This document shows, in pieces, positions 26,719 through 41,681 of a stretch of 64,000 bases of DNA. Position numbers and translations under genes: made by a program. The notes under the pieces are model-generated. The model ran no database searches. It saw nothing but the letters and a program-made list of their open reading frames with translations, and had not been told where the DNA came from. The first letter of the stretch is position 1. Each line of letters begins with the position of its first letter. The stretch comes from Octopus vulgaris (taxonomy: Eukaryota), in the NCBI GenBank assembly GCA_951406725.2, contig OX597821.1:92690001-92754000 (forward strand), written 5' to 3'.

Positions 26719-26850
26719 GTCTACATATGAATGTATATATATGCATATGTATATATATATTTATATATATGTGTCTGTGTGTATATATATATATATACAT
26801 TATAATATACATATAGGCACACACACACACTTATACATATATGTATATGC

Positions 26851-26894
<44 letters not shown>

Positions 26895-27148
26895 AGAGAG
26901 AGAGAGAGAGAGAGAGACTATGTATGTATGTATTATGTATGTATGTAAGTATGTATGTATGAATGTATGTATGTAAGTATGTATGTATGTATGTATGTAT
27001 TTATGGGTATGTATGTGTCTGCTGTAGCAAATATTTGCTACGGTTGTAACTGTCATGAATAATGATTATGAATGATAAGCTGATGATATTATACATGCGT
27101 CTTTTTGTTTTGCATGTAGGTGTGTATATACATATACATATATATACG

Positions 27149-27180
<32 letters not shown>

Positions 27181-27419
27181 CATATATATATATATACATA
27201 TATACATATGTATATATATATAAATATAGATATATATATATATATACTACTATTAATTAATATATATATATATATGTATATAAACACACACACACATATA
27301 TATAAATATATATATATATATTTCACCATATGTAATATCTGAGCATTTGAAAAAACATACATCTGTGTATAAACGCATTAATGTTTGTGTACTCATATAT
27401 GTATGTATGTGTGTGTATG

Positions 27420-27451
<32 letters not shown>

Positions 27452-27477
27452 TATGTATGTATATTTATACACACACT

Positions 27478-27508
<31 letters not shown>

Positions 27509-27939
27509 ATATATGTAAACACTCATCAATACGCAATCATAGATGCACGCTCAAACACACACACATACACACATATGTATATATATTTATATATATATAG
27601 TTAGTGTGTATAGGTCTATGTGTATCTTATACGCTATAATCACTTCAATGTGGAATAATATTTATCACACAATGAAGAAAATGGAACAACCAAGTACACG
27701 CACACACAATCACACACACACACATTCACACACATACTCACACACATACACACACACTCAGATGTACACTAACAGCAAAATAAAAAGACATCTCCAACAT
27801 TATGAGTAACAACATGAAACCCTAACAGAAACAAAAGTAAAACAATCTACTGTAACAAATTTTGCAATTGATTTTCATTATCGTCATCAATATGTTCACT
27901 TTATTTTTTTAATTATGCAGTATTTATCATAGTTATGCT

Positions 27940-28006
27940 GTTGTCGTTATTATCATTATTATTATTAATATTATCATTATTACTATTATTAATATTATTA
28001 ATTTTA

Positions 28007-28076
<70 letters not shown>

Positions 28077-28166
28077 TATTGATATTATCATTATTACTAT
28101 TATTATTATTATTATCATTATTATTATTATTACTATTATTATTATTATCATTATTACTATTATTAA

Positions 28167-28199
<33 letters not shown>

Positions 28200-28214
28200 T
28201 AATATTATTATTAA

Positions 28215-28250
<36 letters not shown>
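27940..28250. repeat. (ATT)n microsatellite
   Basis: Seen directly. Confidence 0.95.
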
Positions 28251-28251
<1 letters not shown>

Positions 28252-28807
28252 GAGTGAGAGAGGAGTGCATGCCATCAAAGTGACACTGGGGTAAAATATA
28301 CGAAGCCCAGTATAACCATCATGACTACCCGTCTGATAAGGGTACACTAGACACATGCATCACAACCATATGTGCGCGACATGGTGATTTCATATCAAAA
28401 TAAACAGCACATGTCCTTGCAGGTGGGGCCCAGTTAGAATTTTCTTCAGGTCGAATAACCCATCCCACTCGAAAGGTCCCTGAATAAGGGTTGTTTAAGG
28501 ATGTTGAACGAAACACCCATGTTTCCAGAGGTGAATTATTCAAACCCCAAAGAATCCCTCTCAACACATGGCTATGATACTCCCCCACTACTTCTGCTCA
28601 TGATCAGAGATCCACATACCGTCAGCCACTAAGGGACATGCTCAACTGGTTAAGGTCAAACAACTGACAAGCAAATCTGTGGTATTGAGCAGAATATTTG
28701 CTGTAGCCCATCTTTTATACCAAGACAAAACAATGTATATGATAACACTGCCAATCAGTTAAGATCAGAAGCCATGAGAGCCACTGCCTGGTACTGCATC
28801 AGGGCAA
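28251..28807 (-). mobile_element. Non-coding element inserted in (TAA)n, probably Dong/R4-mobilised
   Basis: Flanked by (TAA)n on both sides; 3' 230 bp homologous to 41300-41530, which is also followed by (TAA)n. Confidence 0.6.
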
Positions 28808-29201
28808 TTATTATTATTATTATTATTAATATTATTATTATTACTATTATTAATATTATCATTATTACTATTATTATTATTATTATAACTATTAATATTA
28901 TTATTATTATTATTATTATAATTTTTATTATAATTATTATCATAAAAAGATATTTGTGTTGCTGTTGTTTTTTGAAGCAGCAGCAGCAGCAGTAGTAGTA
29001 GTAATAGTAGGTGGTGGTGGTGGTGGTGGTGGTGGTGATGGTTGTGGGGACAGTTATTTTTTTCTTCCTTCATCTAATTATGTTTGTGTATTTTCTTTCT
29101 TTTTGTATGGTATCACTATTACAGTGTTATTTGATTATAAGAAAGCTGATAAAGACTTCTCCCTTCTTAAATATGTTTATATATACATATACGTATATGC
29201 A

Positions 29202-29232
<31 letters not shown>

Positions 29233-29372
29233 ACGTATATAATAAATATATTTATATATGTATATATATATAGTTAATCCAAACAAGAAAGCACAAAAAA
29301 AAACACAGCAACGCGAGGACGTGGAACAAATATAGTATTATTGGACGCTCAGGAAAGAAGGAAAGAAGGAGG

Positions 29373-29407
29373 GTTTAACGTTTCGAGCGGAGATCTTCGT
29401 CGGAAAC
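29373..29407 (-). ncRNA. Minimal hammerhead-like motif in a Penelope-type module (29275-29490)
   Basis: guuu-CCGACGA-A-GAUC(ucc)GCUC-GAAACGU-U-aaac. Confidence 0.55.
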
Positions 29408-30019
29408 ATAGGAGAAGGAAAGATCCAGAGAAGAGAAGACAAAGGGAAAAAAATCGCCAACAGTAAACACGGGGTCACATTTTGAAAGATACATATATAT
29501 ATATGTATGTATGTATATATATATGTGTGTGTGTGTACATCTTTTGGTATCTATATATGTGTATGTTTGAAAGTTAGTGGGTGTATAGACTTACGAACGC
29601 AGTTGAATAACACCTATGTGTACTCGTTTTCATATTTGGTTTAAATGAATGGTAGTTCTAAGTACCAGAGCAAAATGCAAGGAAACAGCAGCAGCAGCAG
29701 CAGTAGTAGCAACAGCAGCAGCAGCAGCAGCAATAACAATATCAATAATAGTTATACTAACAATCAATGGCGACAATAGTAGATGCAATAACAACGCCAG
29801 CAAAACGATCACCAGTCGCCACAGCAAGTTTGAATGTGTGTGATTTGAATATAGAAAGGAGAAATGCTGAGTAGATGGATGTTGATAGAAACAAAATTTA
29901 TTCAGTATTCGCTACAGTAACAGCTACTGCAGCAATAATATCATCACCACCACCACCACCACCACCACCACCAACACCATCATCATCATCATTATCATCA
30001 ACAACAACAATGATGATAA

Positions 30020-30453
30020 CAATCCTTTCTACTAGAGGCACAAGGCATGAAATTTTGCGGGACGAGACTAGACGATTACATCCACATCCCCCCACCACTC
30101 GACTGGTACTTGATTTATCGACTCCAAAAGAACAAAAGGCAAAAGTTGACCTCGGCAGAATTTGAACTCAAAACATAGCGACAAGCGAAATACTGCTAAG
30201 CATTTTGCCTGACGCACTAACAATTCTGCCAGCTTGCTACCTTAGCACGCTGGGCGAAATGCATAGCCGTATTTTCGTCTGCCATTACTTTCTGAGTTCA
30301 AATTCCGCCGAGGTCGACTTTGCCTTTCATCCTTTCGGGGTCGATAAATTAAGTACCAGTTACGCACTGGGGTCGACGTAATCGACTTAATCCGTTTGTC
30401 TGCCCTTGTTTGTCCCCTCTGTGTTTAGCCCCTTGTGGGTAGTAAAGAAATAA

Positions 30454-30498
<45 letters not shown>

Positions 30499-30550
30499 GT
30501 TGTCGTTGTTGTTATTGTTAATGATAATAATAATAATAATAATAATAATG

Positions 30551-30591
<41 letters not shown>

Positions 30592-31010
30592 CCTTTCTGC
30601 TGTAGACACAACACCTGAAATTTTGAAGGAGAGGACTAGTCGATTACATCGATCTCAATGTTTTACTGGTACTTAATTCAGCGACCCTGAAAGGATGAAA
30701 GACAAAGTCGACCTCAGTGGAATTTGAACCCAGAACATAAAGACGGGTAAAATGCCGCTAAGCATCTTGCCCGGTGTGCTACGGATTCTGCCAGCTCACC
30801 TCCTTAATAATGATAATGGTTTCAAATTTTGCCATAATTTTGAGGAAGGGATTAAGTCGATTACATTGACTCCAGTGTATAACTGGTACTTAATTTATCA
30901 ACTCCAAAAGATGACAGGCAAAGTCGACTTCGGTGAAATTTGAACTCAGAACATAGCGGTAGATGAAATACTGTTAAGCATTTCACTTGGCATGCTAACG
31001 TTTCTACCGA
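30020..31010. mobile_element. Cluster of four SINE family B copies: 30020-30240(-), 30243-30452(+), 30590-30805(-), 30815-31010(-)
   Basis: Family B core motifs in the stated orientations. Confidence 0.85.
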
Positions 31011-31070
31011 TGATGATGATGATGATGATGATGATGGTGGTGTTGGTGGTGGTGGTGATGATGGTGGTGG

Positions 31071-31204
<134 letters not shown>

Positions 31205-31229
31205 GCTGAGACCAGGGCAGAGTAATTAT

Positions 31230-33362
31230 CACTGGTCAACAAAATGAAACTTTTTTTAATCATCATAGTTGCTAATTGACTATTCTGGGTTAAATTTTGA
31301 TGCTGATTACGAATCTGATGTCCGATTTCCTCTATCAGGTCACATTTTCCTGTTAATGGTACTTATAGGATACGTAAATCATGTCTATATCAAGTATATT
31401 GAATACATGATACGATAATTTCATGGCTTTTTATTGTACAAAATTTAAATTATTATGTACAAATAAGTTAGAATATACTGAAATGCATAAAAACTTAAAG
31501 TCTTTGCGATTTGGACTTTCTATGGTTGTTTTGTCTTAGGTTCATCCCTGCATAACATCCAACAGTAGTCAGCTAACATTCCTACATTTCAAAATCTTTG
31601 ATATCGTTGTTCGATCGATGCAATATCTTGATGAAAGCATTCCTCTTGCTCATCAGACACTGCTCTGAAGTTCTCTGCAAAAATTTCAGATGTGAATCAA
31701 GGAAATGGACTTTTAGTGACATCCGACAACCCATTGCAGCGTAGGAGTCTAGAAGACATTTCACTCCATTTCTAAACTCTAGAGATCTCTTGTTGCCTAG
31801 GAAATTTTCACAGAGCCATTTGAAAGATTCCCAGGCTTTAAGTTCAATCTCATCCAGTGCTGTGAGAAAGTGGTTGTCCTTCAGGAGTTCTTTTATCTGC
31901 GTACCTATGAATACGCTCTCCTTCAGTTTTGCCTCGGTGATTTTTGGAAATTTGGCCTTCACATATTTAAAACCTCTGGCAAGTATCTTCACGAATTGTT
32001 TCATGAGGCCAAGCTTTATGTGAAGAGGGGAAGAAGTACATTTTCTGGGTTTAAAAGTGGTTACTCTGGACGCTAGAATCTCTCGGTTCATATGATTTTC
32101 GCAAAGGCCACTCTGATTGCACATAGTACTTGTTAGTTGCACGACTGTCCCATAGGCATAAAAAGCAACAATATTTCGTGAACCTAGATTGCATTCCCAT
32201 CAACACTCCAATCACCTTGAAGTCTCCACATATTTTCCAGCTGTAGTTTGTATACTTTATGGCATTGAGGAGTACTCACATGTTTTCATAACACTCCTTT
32301 ACGTGTACTGAATGTCCTATGGGAATGAATGGTTTCTTATTGCCGTTGCATAGTAGTACTGCCTTGTGGTCTCTCTTAGATGAATCAATGAATAAGTGTC
32401 ATTCAGCAGGAACATGCTCTTGGAACAAATAACGAAATAACTCATCAGTGTTATCACTGAAACGAAGTGGTCCATGAACAGAGAAGCATGAAGTCAGATC
32501 CCATTTCTCTTCCTGAAATGAGTAATACAAACATCTTTTTTAAACAGACACTTTTCTTGTAGGCGAGATGCGAAGAGTTCAGCTTTATCCTTCGACAATG
32601 ACAAGTCTCTAACTAAATCATTTAACTCTCCTTGAGAAAATTTCTGTGGTACGTCTTCATTTTCAATCGTGAAATCTGCATCCACTTCGGTGTCTTCCAC
32701 AGCAGCAGTATTTTCTTCAGGAAATACATCTTCGTCAGACATCTGAAGGCCATTTTCTGGTGGTATTGGAATAGGAAGATCATCGTCATTGTGTGGTACT
32801 GGTTTTCTTGCTGATTCCAAGTTGGGATACACAATCTTATGCTTGGTCTTTACAGTAAACCCACATACGTTAACGTTGCAGAAATAACAGTCCATGAAAT
32901 GATCTTTTGGCTTTCTCCATATCATAGGTATTGCAAACGGTATTGCTCTCTTCCTCTTATTTAACTAATCCCTTAGTTCATTTGAACAAGCTGAGCAGAG
33001 GATGTGCGGGGCCCAACTCTTATCTTGATCCCTGAGAGAGCAATGCCTTGACATCCTGGATAGAATTTGATGATGATGATGACTGGGCACCTTAAACAGA
33101 AAGTAAAATTTATGAAAAGAAAAGATTATGAAAACATAAAATTACAAAATGAATACAAATAGTTATAAAACAGAAGTAAGAATTTACCTGTATAAGACGT
33201 TTACATGTAGCGATACTGCTGATGGGAGTTATATACCTCTGTTATCTCATCAGAAAAACTGTGCCTGATAGAAGGAAACCGATGACATTTTTGAAATCTG
33301 CGGACAAAACTACATAGGTAACACCATATAATATCCCCGATGAAAATTGTCTGTTGACCAGT
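31230..33362 (-). mobile_element. Chapaev3-like (CMC superfamily) DNA transposon, near full length, defective
   Basis: TIRs cactggtcaaca (31230-31241) and tgttgaccagt (33352-33362); transposase motifs inside. Family name is from recall of the motifs. Confidence 0.75.
31496..33054 (-). pseudogene. Chapaev3-like transposase pseudogene
   Basis: MSRHC|SLRDQDKSWAPHILCSAC..PMIWRKPKDHFMDCYFC..ELNDLVRDLSLSKDKAELFASRL..PLHIKLGLMKQFVK..MSLKVHFLDSHL..MLADYCW; stops and frameshifts. Confidence 0.85.
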
Positions 33363-33699
33363 ATAATTCATGAGAGTTAGACAGCCGTTTAAAAGCATCT
33401 CTCTTAAAATCAACATAGACTAAGGGATGCTATAAGCAATATGCAAAAACACTTAACAAAACAAAGTATTCTGATACACACTTCTAGTACTCATTGAAAT
33501 AAATTTCATGACAAATCACTTGTATACGTAGAACAGACTATGTTAGTTTAAATAAACGGCCACTTATAAAAGATAAACCAACTGGATGAGAAAATTAAAA
33601 TATAGAATATTGATAATATAGAATAGAGGCTCAATTTAATGAAGTATGTAAAATATCCCAAATGGTAATATTCAGTTTTTCTAAAGATGTGTGTGTATG

Positions 33700-33872
<173 letters not shown>

Positions 33873-34244
33873 GTAATCTTAATTATTTATACAATACAAC
33901 ACAATAGTCCCATAACATTCTATTTACGAATCATTTTCTTACACGAGAATCTGTTAAAAAATTCTCGGCACGCATCAGTGGGGTTGGCGAGAAAAATATG
34001 GCTCGTGCTCTTTACCACTGTAATGTCCGGATTTTAATAAGGAAAAGTGATCAAATCTTACATTCTAATGAAACTTAATCGTTGGTATAGTTTCCATGAT
34101 TATCTATGACATCTTTCCAGCTACTCGTTAGCTTTTTAATCTCATGAGTGAAAAACTCATTCGGTTTCGAAGAAAAGAACTCTGAAAAGTCAGTTTCAAC
34201 TTCCTAAGTTGTTTTGAGAGTTAATCCACCTACAGGATTACTAC

Positions 34245-34377
34245 AGAACCACATGGTTCCGGGTTCAGTCCCACTGCGTGGAACCTTGGGCAAGTGTTTT
34301 CTACTATAGCCTCGGGCCGACCAAAGCCTTGTGAGTGGATTTGGTAGACGAAAACTGAATGAAACCCGTCGTATATA

Positions 34378-34412
<35 letters not shown>

Positions 34413-34630
34413 CTGTGTTTGTGTTTGTGCCCCTACCCCCAAATCACTTGACAACCGATGCTAGTGTGTTTACGTCCTCGTAACTTAGCGGTTCGGCAAA
34501 GGTGCCCGATAGAATAATTGCTAGGCTTACAAAGAATAAGTACTGGGGTCGATTTGCTCGACTAAAGGCGGTGCTCCAGCATGGCCGCAGTCAAATGACT
34601 GAAACACGCAAAAGAGTAAAAAAAAGTAAG
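34245..34630 (+). mobile_element. SINE family A, 5'-truncated
   Basis: Starts at aaccacatggttccgggttcagtccc; family A tail. Confidence 0.88.
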
Positions 34631-35084
34631 AGAGCAAGTTTAAAGTTATTTCTTTTGTGCCGTAAACCATTTTCATTTCTGTGGTGCCCCCTCCTTCCCT
34701 TGATGGCCCAAGCACGCGCTTATTTTTACTCAATGGGTTAATCTAGCGCTGTATCTACTGCTTTCTTTGCCTGCCTCTTGCTCGAATGCCTCCTACTCTT
34801 CCTTCAACGATAATGTTTTCCAACCCCACTGTTTCTTTGAACATGGCCACAATAGAGGAGCTTTTTGTTTTCTTTCTGATTTCCCAATCTTCAGAAATTG
34901 TGGTCTTTCACTTGCTTGTTGTAACACCCTGGTATAGAATAAGTAAAACGCTTAAGAATACGAACTGGCCTAGATTTATTCGACAAAACTCCTTCAGGGA
35001 GGTGCCCCAGCATTGCTGCAGTCCAAAGATTAAAGCAAGTACAAGCAAGATGCATACATACACACATGCTTGTGCGTGTAGGCA

Positions 35085-35364
35085 CTCACACACAGCAAAC
35101 ACACACACAACATACACACAAACACACACACACACACAGTAAACACACACACACAAACACACACAGCAAACACACACACAACATACACACACACAAACAC
35201 ACACAGCAAACACACACATACAAACACACACAGCAAACACACACACAACATACACACAAACACACACACACAACACACACACACACAAACACACACACAA
35301 CATACACACACACAAACACACACAGCAAACACACACACAAACACACACAGCAAACACACACACA

Positions 35365-35443
<79 letters not shown>

Positions 35444-35463
35444 AACACACACAATACACACAC

Positions 35464-35515
<52 letters not shown>
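35085..35515. repeat. (CA)n with higher-order cacacagcaaacacacac units
   Basis: Seen directly. Confidence 0.9.
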
Positions 35516-35521
<6 letters not shown>

Positions 35522-36139
35522 GACTACAGTTTCTAGTGTTTCCTTCCTTAATTTTAAAGAAAGAACGAAAACTTAAATGCACTAAAATATGAAAGGGAAA
35601 CAAAAAGTAAAAAAAAAAAAAAAGTAAATTAAATTTTAAAATATCAGAACTTACAAAATAGCGAAATGGGAAATCATTTTAATTCGCTTCTATTGACAAA
35701 ACAATATTTACTTCATTTCTTTATTATTATAATTACCAAAATAATATTACCATGACAACGAAATACAGCATAAACTTGGCTGGTAAAAGTGGGATGTAAA
35801 TGAAAGTAAGTATAAAAAGGGGAACGGAATAAGGAAAGGAAGTGCGAGTAGGGAACTAGCGTTGCCTAGAAAGAAAGAAAAAAAATAGAAAAAAAGAAAG
35901 GAAGGAAGAGAAAGTAGCGGGGGGGCGGAAGTGTTGTGTAGTTTTAGGTAAGGGTGGTGCTTAGAATGAACAATAACGGCGACATTTTTATTGTAATGTA
36001 TAGAAATTGTGCTTTTCAAGATTTTAGTATTAATTTAGAGTGGCTCGAAATTTTGCTTACGCATGCATAACGAAGACAACATATCCAAACCATCACTGGA
36101 ACAGGAATAAAAATCTGTGAAACTTTCCAGAAGTTTATC

Positions 36140-36525
36140 ATTTACTCTTTTACTCTTTTATTTGTTTCAGTCATTTCACTGCGGCCATGCTGGAGCACCG
36201 CCTTTAGTCGAGCAAATCGACCCCGGCACTTATTCTTTGTAAGCCCAGTACTTATTCTATCGGTCTCTTTTGTCGAACCGCTAGGTGACGGGGATGTAAA
36301 CACACCAGCATCGGTTGTCAAGCAATGCTAGGGGGACAAACACATACACACACACTCATATACATATATATATATACGACGGGCGCCTTTCAGTTTCCGT
36401 CTACCAAATCCACTCACAAGGCATTGGTCGGCCCAGGGCTATAGCAGAAGACACTTGCCCAAGTGGGACTGAACCCGGAATCATGTGGTTGGTAAGCAAA
36501 CTACTTACCACACAGCCACTCCTGT
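36140..36525 (-). mobile_element. SINE family A
   Basis: Reverse complement of family A. Confidence 0.9.
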
Positions 36526-36682
36526 CAGTGGAAGATTTATGAATAATTAAAAAATAAAATCTGAGACATTCATACATACATACATACATACATATATACA
36601 TACATACATACATACAAATATACTATTGCTGATGGTGAAATGAAGAAGCATACATACATACATACAGGTTAGACAACTGGCT

Positions 36683-36714
<32 letters not shown>

Positions 36715-36724
36715 CACACATGCA

Positions 36725-36758
<34 letters not shown>

Positions 36759-36779
36759 CATACATACATACATATGTAC

Positions 36780-36810
<31 letters not shown>

Positions 36811-37089
36811 AATGTGTGTGTGTGTGTGTGTGTGTGTGCACGTGGTTTTGTGGTAATAAATGCTTAAGGTAGAATCTGGATAAGCTAGGATTTTCAGAAA
36901 GAGAAACTGACTGGCTGATTCGTACATTACAAGTGCAATCTGTGAGTGGAACAGTAAATATATGCAAGACTTTACTCGATGTAAGTGTGTATGTTTGTGT
37001 TTGCCCACTCACTGTCACTTGATAACCAATGTTGTCATGTTTACGTCACCGTTACTTAGCGGTTCGACAAAATTAACCAATAGAATAAG

Positions 37090-37168
37090 TATATACATGC
37101 ATACATACATACATACATATAAACATACATACATACATACATATAAACATGCATGCATGCATACATAC

Positions 37169-37201
<33 letters not shown>

Positions 37202-37600
37202 CATACATACATACATACACATATGTATACATACATACACTTATACATGTATGTATACATACATACATACATACATACATACATACATACATGCATGCAT
37301 GCATACATACATACATACATACATACATACATACATGCATACATACATACACGCATACATACATACACACATACATACATGTATCATACATACATACATA
37401 TAAACATACATGCATACATACATACATACATATAAACATACATGCATACATACATACATACATACATACATATAAACATACATGCATGAATACATACATA
37501 CATTCATACATACATAAAAACATACATACATACATACATACTTACATGCATACATACATACATACATACATACATACATACATACATACATACATACAAA
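37090..37600. repeat. (CATA)n microsatellite
   Basis: Seen directly. Confidence 0.95.
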
Positions 37601-37701
37601 AATATACTATTGCTGATGGTGAAAAGAAGAAGCTTTGGATCTAGGTTAGAAACTGGTTTTTTCTTTATTGGCAAGAAATCTTAAAATATAGTTAAATAAT
37701 G

Positions 37702-37777
<76 letters not shown>

Positions 37778-37779
<2 letters not shown>

Positions 37780-38005
37780 CGTGGTTGTGTGGTAAGAAGC
37801 TTGTTTCCCAACCACATAGTTCCGGGTTCAGCCCCACTGCGTGGTATCTTGGAAAAGTTCCTTCTACTATAGCCTCGGGCCGACCAAAGCCTTTAAAGTG
37901 GATTTGGTAGACGGAAACCGAAAGAAGCCCTTCGTGTATAGGTGTGTGTGTTTGTGTTTGTCCCCTCACCATCACTTGATAACCAATGTTGTCATGTTTA
38001 CGTCA
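37778..38005 (+). mobile_element. SINE family A, 3'-truncated
   Basis: Family A head and partial body. Confidence 0.8.
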
Positions 38006-38215
38006 TTAGCGACAAGAGCAAACGAAACAACCAAATGACACAAAGTTTGATTAAGTACGGTGGACGAGGAGGAACAATCGAACATGTTATATGTATGAAT
38101 ATGTGTGTGAACTTATGTATGTATGTGTATGTATGTATTTATGGATATATATATGTGTGTGTGTGTGTGTGTGCCATCAATCACTGTTACTGGTTATGGT
38201 ATATAATCGGCCAGA

Positions 38216-38276
38216 ATGCTACCGTCGGTTTCACGCAGACTATTGTACTTGGCAATATTGTCGTCTCTTCAGACAT
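38216..38276 (-). ncRNA. Type I hammerhead-like motif with canonical core
   Basis: augu-CUGAAGA-G-ACG..uauug(ccaagua)caaua..CGU-GAAACCGACGGU-A-gcau; stem III CCG-A-CGG with 1-nt loop (dimer-type); GUA cleavage triplet. Confidence 0.65.
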
Positions 38277-38374
38277 GATGGTCGGTTGTTCAATGGTATA
38301 AAAATATAACAACAGATTTTCATATTGCATGTGCTTTCTTTCTGATTCATGAGATACTAACTGATAATATATAT

Positions 38375-38624
38375 ATGGTTTCCTTGTATGTCTCCATTGT
38401 CTGTTATTTTTCCCAACATTGACCCTCCTTAAATCCAATAATTTATTTTGGTACTTATTTTGTCGTTCAATGCTCGAAATGAGGATTAGACAGCTGACAA
38501 CTGATGAAGGGTCCTTTTCGTGTTACTTATCCTAGTTTCCATTCGTTTCTCTTGTTTGCGTATTGAACTCATTTGTTTTCGTATTTCATGTTGTTTACTG
38601 TTAGTGACGTCCTGTACCCATATA

Positions 38625-38696
<72 letters not shown>

Positions 38697-38727
38697 AGTG
38701 TGTATGTATATAAATATATTATTATTA

Positions 38728-38804
<77 letters not shown>

Positions 38805-39365
38805 TGATTGAACGCCACGCATCTTTTTCCAAGTAAGTTTATCTTACTCTTCTTGATGCGACTCTACTCTATACTATTTTCTCCCCCATCTTTTTCTTCC
38901 CTTCACCGTTTTCTATCTGTCTCTCTCTCTTTCTCCCTTTCTTTCTCTCTTTCTCTTTGCTCACACGTGACCATTGACCATCCTTCTTCTCTTTGCGTGA
39001 TCATCTTTCTTTTCCTTCAGGACTGTCCTAAGAATTGGACGTATTTTGTCTCTCTCTTCTATCTTCTTTCTTTTCAAAGAAAACATTTCTCCAGGGTTCG
39101 CTATTTTCCCCTCGTTTTGGTCTAACGACCCACCATTTTTGTTTTTGTTCGGTTTCCTTGTATGTCTCCACTGTCCTGTTTTTGTTCCCAATTTTGACTC
39201 TCCATAAATCCATATTGCCGATCAATACTCGAAATGAGGAGTAAATAAACAACCGATAACTGACGAAGGGTCGTTCTTTGTGTTACTAGTCCTATTTTCC
39301 ATTTGTTTCTCTCGTTGTTTGTGCATTGAACTCATTTGTTTTCGTATTTCATGTTGTTTACTGTA
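38375..39365 (+). mobile_element. Penelope-like remnant with diverged direct terminal repeats (about 38375-38600 and 39150-39365)
   Basis: ggtttccttgtatgtctcca...ctgaYgaagggtc...gtattgaactcatttgttttcgtatttcatgttgtttactg duplicated. Confidence 0.5.
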
Positions 39366-39382
39366 TATATATATGTAGAGAG

Positions 39383-39417
<35 letters not shown>

Positions 39418-40525
39418 GGAGAGAGAATGATAGACAGTTAAAAACATATACATAACATCAGTAAGATTATAATGCAAAAGAGAGGCAAACAATGTTTGGA
39501 GTCAGACAAGCGAAAATATGTGACCGAAAAAACGTATGAATATAAAGCGAAAAACAACAATGGCGGATGCGTACAATTTTTTGAAATTTATAGACTTATC
39601 TGTGTATTTGCTCGTTGTGTCTGAATGTATATATAAATGTATGTTTGTGTGTGTATGTGTGTGTGTGTGTGTGTGTGTGTTTTTGTGTATATCTCATGGC
39701 GTTGTATCTGAAATGCAACTTGGCCGCTCAATAAAAATATCGGTAAAATAAGTACCAGATTGAAATAAGTATGGCCGTAGCCAGTGACTGAAACCGATGA
39801 AAAACAGTAAAAGAGTATCATACACACACTCTCTCTCTCTCACTCTCCCATTCTCTGTCTCCCACCTCTCTTTCTTTCACGTATATCTAGTGAAGATAAG
39901 TATATGCATGTATTCATGTGCGTACATGGACATGCACACGTAAACATCTATAAATTTTTGACTACGAACAGTTATATAAATATATGGTAAAAAAACATTA
40001 AGAGGGTAACAGAACACAAAATAAAATAATATATGGATGGTGGTTAGATATTTAGTCCTATATGTTTTAATATCATTCATTCGAAACCTTAAAGGCAAAA
40101 ACGGCAAACAAACTAAGATCCACCTACATGCATAAAAGCACGTACAATCCACATACACAGAGATTTAAAATTTGATATGAGGACAATAAAATGATAGGAT
40201 CTGTCTATTAAGTGTTATATCTCATGATATTATTTATCACATGGTTCTGATAAGACACTTAGACAAAATGAGTAGTATATAAAAGAGCAACGGACGGTGA
40301 AGACAATCATCTTGTTTTTACTGATAATGTATGTAATATTTATTGCTATCATCAAGTATGTGTGTGCGTATATAATCTATATATAACATATCGGAGATGC
40401 TTGGTGTGCCTGTGTATGTGTGTGTATGTGTGTGTGTGTCTATGCATATGTTTTTGTGTGTAGATGAGTATATATAAGAATATATTTCTATACATTAAAG
40501 TAATTAAATTTATATACACAATATA

Positions 40526-41298
40526 GGCGCAGGAGTGACTGTGTGGTGAGAAGCTTGCTTCTCAACCACATGGTTTTGGGTTCAGTCCCACTGCATGGCA
40601 CTTTGGGCAAATGCCTTCTACTATAGCCATAGGCCGATCAAAACCTTGTGGATTTGGTAGACGGAAACCGAAAGAAGCCCGTCGTATATATACATATATA
40701 TATGTAGGGGACAATTCACAAAAAAAAAGAAAAGACGAAGACGGGTGGTGCAGACATGTGTGCGCATGTGTTTGTTGTTTGAGTTTGTTTCCCCACCATT
40801 GCTTGAAAGCCGAATAAGTCCTGAGGAATAAGTCCTGGCGAATAAGTTTGTTCGACTAAAGGTGGTGCTTCAGTATGGCCAAAATCAAATGACTGAAACA
40901 AGTAAAAGAATAATAGAATATACATAATACGCAGGCGAAGCTGTCTGGTAACAAGTTTGCTACTCAACCGCATGGTACAGGGTTCAGTCCCACTGAGTGG
41001 CACCTTGAGTAGGTGTCTTCTACTATAGTCTCGGGCCGACGAAAGCCCTGTGGCGGGATTTGGTAGATGGAAACTCTAAGAAGCTCGTCGTATGTGTGTA
41101 TGTGTGATTTTGTATTTGTATGTCCCAGCACCGCTTAACAACAGGTGTTGGTGTGTTTACATCCCTGTGTCTAGCAGTTCGGCAAAAGAACCTGATAGAA
41201 TAAGTCCCAGGCTTTAGAAAATTAAGCGTCGGTATCAATTCGTTCGGGTTGGATTCTTTAAGGTGCTGTCCCAGCATGGCTGCATTGAAATGACTAAA
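40526..41298 (+). mobile_element. Two tandem SINE family A copies (40526-40915 and 40930-41298)
   Basis: Family A heads and tails; the first carries a PLE-module fragment in its internal (TA)n. Confidence 0.85.
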
Positions 41299-41551
41299 AG
41301 GGACCTTGTGAGCAGGGTGGGTTATTCGATCTGAAGAAAATTCTAACTGGACCCTATCTGCAAGGCCATGCGCTGTTTGTCTCGATATGAGATCACCATG
41401 TCGCACACATATGGATGTGATTCATGTGCCTGGTGTGCACTTATCAGAGGGGTAGTCATGATGTGTATATTGGGCTTCGTGTATTTGTACTCCAGTGTCA
41501 CTTTGATGGCATGCGCTGCTCTCGCACACAATAATAATAATAGTAATAATG

Positions 41552-41629
<78 letters not shown>

Positions 41630-41640
41630 TCATAATTATA

Positions 41641-41680
<40 letters not shown>

Positions 41681-41681
<1 letters not shown>

